DNA from: a virus
Taxonomy: Duplodnaviria; Heunggongvirae; Uroviricota; Caudoviricetes
Length of the DNA stretch: 40,716 bases
Direction: 5' to 3' (one strand)
Virus record (IMG/VR): IMGVR_UViG_2636415959_000005
Below the pieces are notes generated by a model. It did no database searches. It saw nothing but the letters and a program-made list of their open reading frames with translations, and had not been told where the DNA came from. A program made the translations under genes and the position numbers. Numbering within the stretch: position 1 is the stretch's first letter; each line of letters starts with the position of its first letter. Of the stretch, positions 29,096 through 37,079 are shown piece by piece.

Positions 29096-29530
29096 ATGCG
29101 GAACAGAATCATGCCTGGTGTTTACATAGTAATAATTCCTTACGTTATCGTAAGCATTTGCTATCTCCTTTTCCGCCACTACATTCCTGGTGTTTCTTTT
29201 TCAGCTCATAGAGATGGCCTTGGGGCGACATTGTCATCATATGCAGGAACCATGATTGCAATCCTGATTGCTGCCTTGACGTTTCTAATCGGAAGCAGAA
29301 CGCGCCGACTGGCCAAGATTAGAGAGTATGGGTATATGACATCGGTAGTTATTGTCTATGCCCTTAGTTTTGTTGAGCTTGGAGCTTTGTTTTTCTGCGG
29401 GTTATTGCTTCTTTCCAGCATAAGCGGCTACATGATACCCACTATCGCCATCGGCATTGCCTCTGCATCGTTCATTCATATATGCATCCTTGTTTTCCAA
29501 CTATATAATTTGACCAGAGAACAAGAATAA
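29096..29530 (+). CDS. rexB: RexB (Rex system membrane protein)
   Basis: 144 aa polytopic membrane protein; matches lambda RexB as I recall it. Confidence 0.9.
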   Translation: MRNRIMPGVYIVIIPYVIVSICYLLFRHYIPGVSFSAHRDGLGATLSSYAGTMIAILIAALTFLIGSRTRRLAKIREYGYMTSVVIVYALSFVELGALFFCGLLLLSSISGYMIPTIAIGIASASFIHICILVFQLYNLTREQE

Positions 29531-29557
29531 CCCGGCCACCGAGCCGGGTTTTTTATT
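29531..29557 (+). terminator. Rho-independent terminator after rexB
   Basis: cccggc-caccga-gccggg followed by ttttttatt directly after the rexB stop. Confidence 0.8.
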
Positions 29558-29739
29558 GCCCGCCGATCACTATCAGGACAGCACCTGCCCGCCGGTCCAA
29601 ACTATTGATTAAATTACTATAATTCTTAATACAACTCCCATATCCCGCCATCTCGCCACCACCCCCTTCGCTCGTTTTTCGAACTTTTCAGCACCCATCC
29701 TGCTGTTGCCACCGACTTAAGTAAGCAAAACCATCGCGG

Positions 29740-29830
29740 GTAAAACTATTTACACAAAAAAATCATACACATAACGTGTCACACCTTTATTTTACACATT
29801 TTGTGATTGACCATTAAATCACAATATGTG
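29740..29830 (+). promoter_or_regulatory. Left operator/promoter region (OL sites, pL)
   Basis: Repeats of operator-like half-sites (ttacacattttgtgatt, aaatcacaatatgtgact) upstream of N, resembling those in the cro–cI region. Confidence 0.5.
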
Positions 29831-29883
29831 ACTATCATTTCCATCAGCAGGACGCTGAGACGCCACAAGGAACAGATTGGCAG

Positions 29884-29923
29884 GCTCTTTAACATCGACG
29901 AACTCTCAACCTAACCGTTGAGA
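29884..29923 (+). promoter_or_regulatory. nutL (boxA gctctttaaca plus phage-21-type boxB tctcaac-CUAACC-gttgaga)
   Basis: 7-bp stem with hexaloop CUAACC at 29904..29923, preceded by boxA; matches my recollection of phage 21 boxB. Confidence 0.65.
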
Positions 29924-30033
29924 CCAGAACTTGAGTGGTTTTGGGGATGGCGCGAATTGCAGCTGCAAGACAGCGATCGAGAAGATAAGCACCTCGACGC
30001 GTCATGCGCCAAAGCCGCTTAAAGGAGACCATC

Positions 30034-30339
30034 ATGGTAACCATTGTCTGGAAAGAATCCAAAGGTACGGCAAAAAGCCGCTACAAAGCTCGCAGAGCAG
30101 AACTTATTGCCGAGCGACGCAGTAATGAAGCACTGGCGCGAAAAATTGCGCTAAAGCTCTCTGGTTGCGTCAGAGCAGATAAAGCAGCATCACTCGGAAG
30201 CCTTCGCTGCAAGAAGGCAGAAGAAGTCGAGCGTAAACAGAACCGTATTTACTACCGCAAGCCACGCAGTGAAATGGGTGTGACTTGTGTTGGTCGCCAG
30301 AAAATGAAATTAGGCAGTAAGCTACTGTATGAGGGGTGA
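30034..30339 (+). CDS. N: Antiterminator N (phage-21-type arginine-rich motif)
   Basis: 101 aa from MVTIVWKESKGTAKSRYKARRAELIAERR…; aaaggag RBS; C-terminus (…YYRKPRSEMGVTCVGRQKMKLGSK…) resembles lambda N. Confidence 0.85.
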   Translation: MVTIVWKESKGTAKSRYKARRAELIAERRSNEALARKIALKLSGCVRADKAASLGSLRCKKAEEVERKQNRIYYRKPRSEMGVTCVGRQKMKLGSKLLYEG

Positions 30340-30342
30340 GAT

Positions 30343-30531
30343 ATGCATAAATGTCAGTTCTGTGGATACATGTTTGAATCAAATGAAATGCAACGTATTT
30401 CGTTAAACCTTATCGGTAGGCCATACAACATTTGCCTAGGATGTAGCGAGAAATACAAAAACAAAGACATGTGGGACGACAATAAAAACGATATCGACTG
30501 GAAATCACTTCCATGCGTCGATGAGACATAA
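30343..30531 (+). CDS. Hypothetical Cys-rich (CxxC…CxxC) small protein
   Basis: 62 aa; CQFCGYMF…CLGCSEKY suggests a zinc ribbon; first gene after N. Confidence 0.5.
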   Translation: MHKCQFCGYMFESNEMQRISLNLIGRPYNICLGCSEKYKNKDMWDDNKNDIDWKSLPCVDET

Positions 30532-30564
30532 CCGCATCAGCGGGTAACGACAGAGGGTAAGGGG

Positions 30565-30861
30565 ATGATCGACGACATCAAGCGCATCGACTCAATGATA
30601 AATGCGCTTCGCAATATGAAACAGGACATCAAGCGTCAGCAGAAACTAAGTGAAATAAACAGTTTAGACCTGTCGCCGAAGCAAGCTCAAAAGCGCAATG
30701 CCGATGCTGACTGGATTGCGATGGAACAGATTAAGCGTCGGCATGAGCTGCACGCTCTGTCTGTTGAGCTTGGGTTCGCTGAGCGCCGGGAAAGTTATGC
30801 TCCATTTGAATTAACTGACGGGTGGCACCGATTCGACCACAAGCCGCGCGAACCTCAATAG
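30565..30861 (+). CDS. Hypothetical protein (98 aa)
   Basis: ORF in the pL operon, followed directly by a terminator. Confidence 0.5.
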   Translation: MIDDIKRIDSMINALRNMKQDIKRQQKLSEINSLDLSPKQAQKRNADADWIAMEQIKRRHELHALSVELGFAERRESYAPFELTDGWHRFDHKPREPQ

Positions 30862-30882
30862 CCGCCTAACCAGCGGCTTTTT
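30861..30882 (+). terminator. tL1-like rho-independent terminator
   Basis: gccgc-ctaacca-gcggc followed by tttttcat. Confidence 0.7.
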
Positions 30883-31016
30883 CATACCTGGAGTCATTTA
30901 CGAGTGGCTCAAGTTATGACAACCGGCGGCCATCCACCGCCCATTGAAACACTGAATAAATGCGTTGAAGTCTTGTATTAACCGTTCCGTTCGCCGCGAT
31001 AAGGCCAAGAGGATTT

Positions 31017-31226
31017 ATGAGTGATTTGGAGTTGGGCTTAAAGATATACGCATTATGGTTTGTCGGGACGTTTCTGCTCGGCATAGCAATCAACTCGCTG
31101 ACGAAAAAAGAACATCGCCAGCCACTTTCAAAACTAGCCATTGACCATGTACGCATGTCTTCCGCAATAACCATTGTGGGCCTGATTGTGTGCGGTATGG
31201 GCTGGTTCTTATTCAAGGTGGTGTGA
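31017..31226 (+). CDS. Hypothetical small membrane protein (two predicted transmembrane helices)
   Basis: 69 aa with two hydrophobic stretches; preferred over the antisense ORF 30914..31216. Confidence 0.45.
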   Translation: MSDLELGLKIYALWFVGTFLLGIAINSLTKKEHRQPLSKLAIDHVRMSSAITIVGLIVCGMGWFLFKVV

Positions 31227-31227
31227 G

Positions 31228-31386
31228 ATGACAGTCACCCACAACGGCAAGCAGTACACCGCCAAAAAGCTCAACGATAACGAGTGGCAGCTGACGTCGG
31301 TATCTAACCCGCGTGAAAAGCTGACGATGAACCGCTGGCATATGAAGCTGGCTGGCCTCCTGGAACAGGTTGAGGTGAAGGCATGA
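31228..31386 (+). CDS. Hypothetical small protein (52 aa)
   Basis: MTVTHNGKQYTAKKLNDNEWQL…; ATG 2 nt after the upstream stop. Confidence 0.45.
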   Translation: MTVTHNGKQYTAKKLNDNEWQLTSVSNPREKLTMNRWHMKLAGLLEQVEVKA

Positions 31387-31592
31387 TCAACCACTACGGC
31401 ACCACCCCGCTCATTCGCCAGTGCGTCACGCCCGGCATGATGGCATTGCATGAAGGCCGCACATATCGCGTCTCAGCAGTCATTCAGGAGCGCAAATGGG
31501 TATACCTGCACACTGACGCAGAAATAATCCGACTCAGTGACTGCGTGATTGACGTCCTTCTTGACGGTCACGGCAACCCTATCCAGCACTAA
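31383..31592 (+). CDS. Hypothetical small protein (69 aa)
   Basis: ATGA overlap with the upstream ORF; no homolog recognised. Confidence 0.45.
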   Translation: MINHYGTTPLIRQCVTPGMMALHEGRTYRVSAVIQERKWVYLHTDAEIIRLSDCVIDVLLDGHGNPIQH

Positions 31593-31662
31593 CCACCCTA
31601 TTCAACCGTTCGGCCTGGCATTACGCGGGCGGGATCTGCACATCCAAATTTCAGGAGAAACC

Positions 31663-32664
31663 ATGAGCGAAGTAACGGACTTAACTGTCATCGAAATCAA
31701 GCCGGAACAGGCCCCAGTGCTTTACGTAGCGGGCGGCCTTGACGCGTACCTTGAGCAAATCCGCCAGGCTGTAAACGAAGTGCCGGACCTGTCCACGAAG
31801 AAAGGCCGTGATCGTGTTGCCTCTCTGGCAGCGCAGGTGTCCCGCAGCAAGACGGCAATCGAAAAGCCGGGCCGTGAGTACCTGAAGCGCCTGAAAGAGG
31901 CTGTGCGTCCGGCTGAGGCCGAAATTAAGCGATTCGTTGATGCCTGCGACGAGCTGCGCGATGCGACCCGCCGCCCACTCACCGAATGGGAAGCCGAGCA
32001 GGAACGCATTAAGGCTGAAGAAGCCATGAACGCGATGCACGCCGAAGCGCTGGAGATGAACATCAGGTTCGATCAGGAGCTGGCTGCCAAGTTCGAAGCG
32101 GACCACGAAATGGCTCTACTGATGAACAAGGATTTTGACCGTGACCGCGAAGAGCAGCGCCGTCTGGCGGAACAGGCTCAGCGTGAACGTGATGATCGGC
32201 TGAAACAGGAAGCGGCAGAACAAGCCCGCCGCGATGCCGAAGCAAAGGCAAAAGCCGAAATTGAAGCAGCAGCAAGGCGAGAAGCAGAAGCTAAGGCCGC
32301 AGCGGAACGTGCAGAGCGTGAACGCATTGAAGCCGAGCAACGAGCACAGCGCGAAGCAAAAGAGGCAGCAGAACGAGCTGAAAGAGAAAAGCAGGCGGCA
32401 ATTGAAGCAGAACGCCGAAAAGCACAGGAGGAGGCTGAACGAATCCGGCGCGAGGCTGAAGCAAAAGAGCAAGCCAGAATAGCAGAAGAAAAAAGAATCA
32501 AGGAAGAAGAAGAGTGTAGAGCAAAGGATAAAGCTCACCGGAAAGAAGTAAATAACAAAATACTTGCTGACCTTATCAAGGTTGGCGCATCAGAAGATGT
32601 TGCTAAAAATATCATAACAGCCATCGTAAAAGGCGAAGTATTCGCAACAAAAATAACCTACTAA
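31663..32664 (+). CDS. Hypothetical protein with long charged low-complexity (Ala/Glu/Lys/Arg-rich) coiled-coil region
   Basis: 333 aa from MSEVTDLTVIEIK…; aggag RBS; residues about 160–290 are repeats of the type EAKAKAEIEAAARREAEAKAAAERAE. Confidence 0.7.
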   Translation: MSEVTDLTVIEIKPEQAPVLYVAGGLDAYLEQIRQAVNEVPDLSTKKGRDRVASLAAQVSRSKTAIEKPGREYLKRLKEAVRPAEAEIKRFVDACDELRDATRRPLTEWEAEQERIKAEEAMNAMHAEALEMNIRFDQELAAKFEADHEMALLMNKDFDRDREEQRRLAEQAQRERDDRLKQEAAEQARRDAEAKAKAEIEAAARREAEAKAAAERAERERIEAEQRAQREAKEAAERAEREKQAAIEAERRKAQEEAERIRREAEAKEQARIAEEKRIKEEEECRAKDKAHRKEVNNKILADLIKVGASEDVAKNIITAIVKGEVFATKITY

Positions 32665-32688
32665 TAAAACCAACATAAGGAACCACCC

Positions 32689-32835
32689 ATGATTTACGCA
32701 ATCGCGGGAGGCGCTCGCATGGGTGCCTTCCAATTAAATGAATCTTTACTTGAACGAATCACCCGTAAATTACGTGACGGATGGAAACGACTCATCGACG
32801 TACTTAATCAGCCAGGAGTTCCAAAAAATGGATAA
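32689..32835 (+). CDS. cIII: CIII (FtsH protease inhibitor)
   Basis: 48 aa (MIYAIAGGARMGAFQLNESLLERITRKLRDGWKRLIDVLNQPGVPKNG) containing the conserved core I recall from lambda CIII; below the ORF-track cutoff. Confidence 0.8.
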   Translation: MIYAIAGGARMGAFQLNESLLERITRKLRDGWKRLIDVLNQPGVPKNG

Positions 32836-32941
32836 AACACTTATGGCTATTCAGACTAAATTCACTATCGCCACTTTTATTGGCGATGAAAAGATGTTTC
32901 GTGAGGCCGTCGAAGCCTACAGAAAATGGAGGTCTAAATGA
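32828..32941 (+). CDS. kil: Kil-like host cell-division inhibitor
   Basis: 37 aa (MDKTLMAIQTKFTIATFIGDEKMFREAVEAYRKWRSK) in the lambda kil position; aggag RBS; resembles lambda Kil as I recall it. Confidence 0.6.
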   Translation: MDKTLMAIQTKFTIATFIGDEKMFREAVEAYRKWRSK

Positions 32942-33126
32942 TTCCGGTAGAGCTGGCGAAAACTCCAGAGTTAAGTCGATTAAAAAGAGAATATCACATT
33001 GCTGAGGCTCGTTACTGGCGTAAAGCGGGAGATAAATCAAAGAAACAACTTTGTTTATGGCAAGCACAAAGAGAGCGCATGAATGAGCGCGAATTTCTTT
33101 CCTCCCCATCCGAATTACCATTCTGA
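32938..33126 (+). CDS. Hypothetical protein (62 aa) in the position lambda gam occupies
   Basis: Unrelated to lambda Gam as I recall it; ATGA overlap with the upstream gene. Confidence 0.45.
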   Translation: MIPVELAKTPELSRLKREYHIAEARYWRKAGDKSKKQLCLWQAQRERMNEREFLSSPSELPF

Positions 33127-33134
33127 GGTGAATT

Positions 33135-33842
33135 ATGGATTTGAATAAATTCGATGAGCCATTCAGCCCTGAAGATATCGAATGGCGAATACAGCAAAGC
33201 GGTAAAACACGCGATGGAAAGGTGTGGGCTATGGTGCTGGCTTATGTCACGAACAGGGCAATCATGAAACGCCTGGACGATGTTTGCGGCAAAGCAGGAT
33301 GGCGCAATGAATACCGCGATATTCCCAACAACGGCGGCGTTGAATGCGGCATATCAATAAAGATTGATTCCGAATGGGTAACCAAATGGGATGCTGCTGA
33401 AAACACGCAGGTAGAAGCCGTCAAAGGTGGTCGTTCCGGTGCAATGAAGCGCGCTGCCGTTCAGTGGGGAATCGGTCGGTATCTGTATAACCTTGAGGAA
33501 GGTTTCGCACAAACATCTATCGATAAAAAGCAGGGGTGGCACAGGGCAAAACTGAAGGATGGAACAGGATTTTACTGGCTCCCTCCATCGCTTCCGGGAT
33601 GGGCAATCCCAGCATCAGATAACAAACCATCACCAGAAAATACCAACCAGAAATCTCCATCGGTTGACTGCGAACAAATCCTGAAAGACTTCAGCGATTA
33701 TGCGTCAACAGAAACTGACAAGAAAAAACTCATCGAGCGTTATCAGCGTGACTGGCAATTAATGGCTGGCAACGAGGAGGCGCAGGCTAAATGCGTTCAG
33801 GTAATGAACATCAGAGTTAACGAACTAAAACAGGCGGCATAA
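33135..33842 (+). CDS. Single-strand annealing protein, Rad52/Sak-like (functional analogue of lambda Bet)
   Basis: 235 aa; motif …GGRSGAMKRAAVQWGIGRYLYNL… typical of phage Rad52-family annealing proteins; gaggtg RBS. Confidence 0.65.
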   Translation: MDLNKFDEPFSPEDIEWRIQQSGKTRDGKVWAMVLAYVTNRAIMKRLDDVCGKAGWRNEYRDIPNNGGVECGISIKIDSEWVTKWDAAENTQVEAVKGGRSGAMKRAAVQWGIGRYLYNLEEGFAQTSIDKKQGWHRAKLKDGTGFYWLPPSLPGWAIPASDNKPSPENTNQKSPSVDCEQILKDFSDYASTETDKKKLIERYQRDWQLMAGNEEAQAKCVQVMNIRVNELKQAA

Positions 33843-34310
33843 ATGTATCACTTGGACGGAATTATTAAAAGATTCGAGTCCAGCTACAAAGTTAATGAAA
33901 CAACAGGTTGCTGGGAGTCTACCTATTCAAAAAACAAAGGAGGATACACAAAATTTGTAGCCTTTGGCGTAACAATGCTTTCTCATCGTGTTGCTTTTGA
34001 GCTTTATCACTCCCCCATTCCATCTGGGAAGATGGTTTGCCACAAATGCGATAACCCATGCTGCGTTAATCCTGAACATCTCTTTTTAGGTAGCGCGCAA
34101 GAAAACATGGACGACAAGATAGCAAAAGGAAGGCATCGTGGAGCCAAGAAAGGTCATGCTCATCATGGTGCAAAATTAACAGAGTGGCAGGTTATAGAAA
34201 TTAGGAAAAGACTCTCTGAAAAAGAGAGTCAGTACAAGATAGCAAAAGACATGGGTGTATCTCAATCAATTATAAGCAACATAAAAACTGGCAAGAGGTG
34301 GAGCAAATGA
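33843..34310 (+). CDS. HNH endonuclease with C-terminal DNA-binding region
   Basis: 155 aa; HNH signature [44 protein letters not shown]; overlapping start and stop with neighbours. Confidence 0.85.
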   Translation: MYHLDGIIKRFESSYKVNETTGCWESTYSKNKGGYTKFVAFGVTMLSHRVAFELYHSPIPSGKMVCHKCDNPCCVNPEHLFLGSAQENMDDKIAKGRHRGAKKGHAHHGAKLTEWQVIEIRKRLSEKESQYKIAKDMGVSQSIISNIKTGKRWSK

Positions 34311-34813
34311 GTTCTCGCGGGATAAATAAGGTGATTATCCTTGGTCGGGTAGGACAAGACCCGGAAGTTCGATACTCACCATCAGGAACAGCGTTCGCTA
34401 ACCTGACAATAGCCACGTCAGAACAATGGCGAGATAAAAATACTGGCGAGCAAAAGGAATTGACTGAATGGCATCGTGTTGCTGTATCCGGGAAACTGGC
34501 TGAGGTCGTGGGGCAGTATGTGAAAAAAGGTGATCAGATTTATTTCGAGGGAATGCTGAGAACCAGAAAGTGGAAAGACCAGTCAGGGCAAGACCGTTAC
34601 ACAACCGAGGTTCATGTCGGAATTAATGGCGTGATGCAAATGCTTGGCGGCATTGGCGACAGCAAACAACAAGCAGCCAGCAGGCAATCACAGAAGCCAC
34701 AGCAGCAATCATCACCAGCACAACACAACGAACCTCCGATGGATTTTGACGACAATATACCCTTTGCACCAGTAACTCTCCCCTTCCCTCGTCACGCTAT
34801 TCACGCAATTTAA
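34307..34813 (+). CDS. ssb: Single-stranded DNA-binding protein (SSB) with C-terminal extension
   Basis: [23 protein letters not shown]…TEWHRV…[17 protein letters not shown] parallels E. coli SSB; acidic tip [11 protein letters not shown] is followed by 15 more residues. Confidence 0.9.
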   Translation: MSSRGINKVIILGRVGQDPEVRYSPSGTAFANLTIATSEQWRDKNTGEQKELTEWHRVAVSGKLAEVVGQYVKKGDQIYFEGMLRTRKWKDQSGQDRYTTEVHVGINGVMQMLGGIGDSKQQAASRQSQKPQQQSSPAQHNEPPMDFDDNIPFAPVTLPFPRHAIHAI

Positions 34814-34826
34814 TCAGGAGAAAATC

Positions 34827-35123
34827 ATGCCAGCGCCTCTGTATGGTGCGGATGACCCGCGCCGCTGTTCCGGCAATTCCGTATCGGAGGTGCTGGAAAG
34901 TATCAAGAATAATCTCGGCGCGTTTCTTGCTCTGCCACCAGAAACAAAAGCAGAACGGAAGTACCGACGCGATATACAACTCGCAGAAAAACAGGAAAAA
35001 GACCGAATAAACGAAACATCAATCCGACCATTCCGCAAAGCCACATATACCCACTTCCCTGAATATATCGACCCGCGCCTGCGTAATTACCGCTCACGCT
35101 ATGGCGCTATCAGTAATGACTGA
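34827..35123 (+). CDS. Hypothetical protein (98 aa)
   Basis: ORF in the same operon with an RBS; no homolog recognised. Confidence 0.45.
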   Translation: MPAPLYGADDPRRCSGNSVSEVLESIKNNLGAFLALPPETKAERKYRRDIQLAEKQEKDRINETSIRPFRKATYTHFPEYIDPRLRNYRSRYGAISND

Positions 35124-35133
35124 GGAATTTACC

Positions 35134-35298
35134 ATGAGAGGACTTGCATACAATCCCGGCATTCTTCCGGCAGAAATGATTATTCGACAACGCGTAAAGC
35201 CAATGCCATCGAGAGAGGAATTGCTTAAGAGAAATTCTTTTCCATCAGTGAATCAAAACAAGTATCTGAATGCGATGTTGCGGAGTGGGAAGAAATGA
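35134..35298 (+). CDS. Hypothetical small protein (54 aa)
   Basis: gagga RBS upstream of MRGLAYNPG…; the track ORF from 35101 probably starts too early. Confidence 0.4.
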   Translation: MRGLAYNPGILPAEMIIRQRVKPMPSREELLKRNSFPSVNQNKYLNAMLRSGKK

Positions 35299-35945
35299 AA
35301 CAAATGACACTAATTGAGATGGATGGATTTCTGAAAGGTAAATGCATCCCACGAGATTTAAAGGTTAACGAAACAAACGCTGAATATCTGGTGCGTAAAT
35401 TTGCTGAGATTGAATCAAAACTGGAAACGGCGTTGCGGGAGTGTCGTTCTGCTGGAATAACGATTGATAACCTTGAGGCCAAGTGCGCAGCGCTGGCTGC
35501 TGATAACAAGAAAGCAATGGAGGCAATGAGGCAGGCAGATGCAGCTGTTAAGTTGGCACACGAGAAGTTTTCGGCGCTGGCGGCGGAGAATGCGATGTTG
35601 AAGCAACGGACACAGCAACTTATCGACATCATTAGTAATACTGACAATGACTACTGCATGTGTGGTTCTGCTATGAAAGACCACGTGCACAGCGGATGTG
35701 GTTATCCTACTGGCATGTTCGATTATTACTACAACCAGTGGCTGGAGTCAGATAACAAAACCCCAGCCACCGACGATTTCCTGGCTGAAGTGCGGGCTAA
35801 GGCGTTTAATGACCTTTGCGCGGTGTTCGTTAAGGACGCGACGGTTATCGGGCTGGACGATGGCGACATCGTTACGGTGAAAGAAGCGACGGACGCCCTG
35901 TTGCATTGTGCGGAACAGCTTCGCAAAGGAGGTGAGCAAAAATGA
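35295..35945 (+). CDS. Ea22-like protein
   Basis: 216 aa with central coiled coil and Cys/His-rich C-terminal part; position between the recombination genes and xis as for lambda ea22. Confidence 0.5.
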   Translation: MKQMTLIEMDGFLKGKCIPRDLKVNETNAEYLVRKFAEIESKLETALRECRSAGITIDNLEAKCAALAADNKKAMEAMRQADAAVKLAHEKFSALAAENAMLKQRTQQLIDIISNTDNDYCMCGSAMKDHVHSGCGYPTGMFDYYYNQWLESDNKTPATDDFLAEVRAKAFNDLCAVFVKDATVIGLDDGDIVTVKEATDALLHCAEQLRKGGEQK

Positions 35946-36259
35946 CAATCACAAAACAACGTGTAGAAGAAATCATATCCCGTATTGAAATGTATGGGCA
36001 TGGTGCTGGGTATACAGCCGAAGAGGTTTATGACCTTGCTGTGCTGGCGCTGAATTTATCAAATATCGCAAACCTGAAGCGATACGAGCTTGATATGGGT
36101 GGTTGTGACTCGTTCGGTCAGGATTGTGGTGCTGACATGAGTGAAGATTCTGATGGCGATTATGTCCTGTTTGATGACGTGGTTAAGTTGTTTGAGTTTG
36201 ATACAACCACTCAGAAGTTAGAAGGCCCAGCAAAGGAGACAACCAGTGAGCGAAATTGA
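35942..36259 (+). CDS. Hypothetical acidic protein (105 aa)
   Basis: ATGA-coupled ORF; acidic C-terminal region. Confidence 0.45.
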   Translation: MTITKQRVEEIISRIEMYGHGAGYTAEEVYDLAVLALNLSNIANLKRYELDMGGCDSFGQDCGADMSEDSDGDYVLFDDVVKLFEFDTTTQKLEGPAKETTSERN

Positions 36260-36884
36260 CTATCAGGCACTGCGTGAGGCGGCAGAGAAAGCAACGTGGG
36301 GAGACTGGGACTCATATAAACCACACCGTGGCGCACGTGGTTATGAGGTCCGACTAAGTAGTCAGGCCATTGCGCAACACGTTCTGAAAAACAACGCTGA
36401 ATTTATTGCTGCCTTTAATCCAAAGGTTGCTTTGGCACTACTGGATGAACGGGAAAGGAACCAGCAATACATCAAATCCCGCGACCAGGAGAACGAGGAA
36501 ATTGCGCTAACGGTAGGGAAGCTGAGAGTTGAGCGTGAGAAAGCAAAATCAAAACTCAACGAGCAGCGTGAGTATTACGAAGGTGTTATCTCGGATGGAA
36601 GTAAGCGCATAGCAGAACTGGAAGCGCGGGAAATAAAACCAGCCAAAGGTGAAGTTCTGGTCGTTGTATCTGGTTTTACTGGTTGCGGAAAAAGCGCCAT
36701 TGCCGGGGAAATAGAAATCGCGATGAAGGCTATTGGTGTACCGGTTAAGTGGACTAATGGCGATGCAGAAAAGCGCATGACTGGCGCTGACTGGCTGACA
36801 GCAATTGAGATGTACAAACCAACTGTGCGCATCGTGGAAGTTAATGTGCCACGTGCCGCAGGCATTCGCATCAAAGGAGAGTGA
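36246..36884 (+). CDS. Ead/Ea22-like protein
   Basis: 212 aa; N-terminus MSEIDYQALREAAEKATWGDW… is the kind of conserved N-terminal module I associate with Ead/Ea22-like proteins. Confidence 0.55.
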   Translation: MSEIDYQALREAAEKATWGDWDSYKPHRGARGYEVRLSSQAIAQHVLKNNAEFIAAFNPKVALALLDERERNQQYIKSRDQENEEIALTVGKLRVEREKAKSKLNEQREYYEGVISDGSKRIAELEAREIKPAKGEVLVVVSGFTGCGKSAIAGEIEIAMKAIGVPVKWTNGDAEKRMTGADWLTAIEMYKPTVRIVEVNVPRAAGIRIKGE

Positions 36885-36886
36885 TA

Positions 36887-37077
36887 TGGACGGACAAATA
36901 TCAATCGTTCGACCAGGCTCATGTGACGATCGCGAAATACGAGTAATTATTCGTCTGGCAATGGGGAAAACAATAACTGCTCTCATTACCCCAGAAAATC
37001 TCGCATTAGCATTAACAGGAAAGTCAGACCTGCCAGTAGAGCTAAAGCTGCGAAATGTTGAGATTAAGGTGAAATAG
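36887..37077 (+). CDS. Hypothetical small protein (63 aa)
   Basis: Start at MDGQISIVRPG… 2 nt after the upstream stop; the track ORF from 36805 overlaps the previous gene. Confidence 0.4.
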
Positions 37078-37079
37078 CT

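Noticed and set aside
30914-31216. 100-aa minus-strand ORF
   Set aside because: Antisense to the better-supported 69-aa membrane protein ORF on the operon strand; no RBS seen; opposite to transcription from pL.
32063-32538. Four overlapping ORFs on both strands (32063..32275, 32116..32538, 32178..32501, 32234..32482)
   Set aside because: All fall within the GAA/GCA-rich low-complexity tract of the 333-aa coiled-coil gene; repetitive codons keep alternative frames open. Only the plus-strand frame with an RBS at 31663 is accepted.
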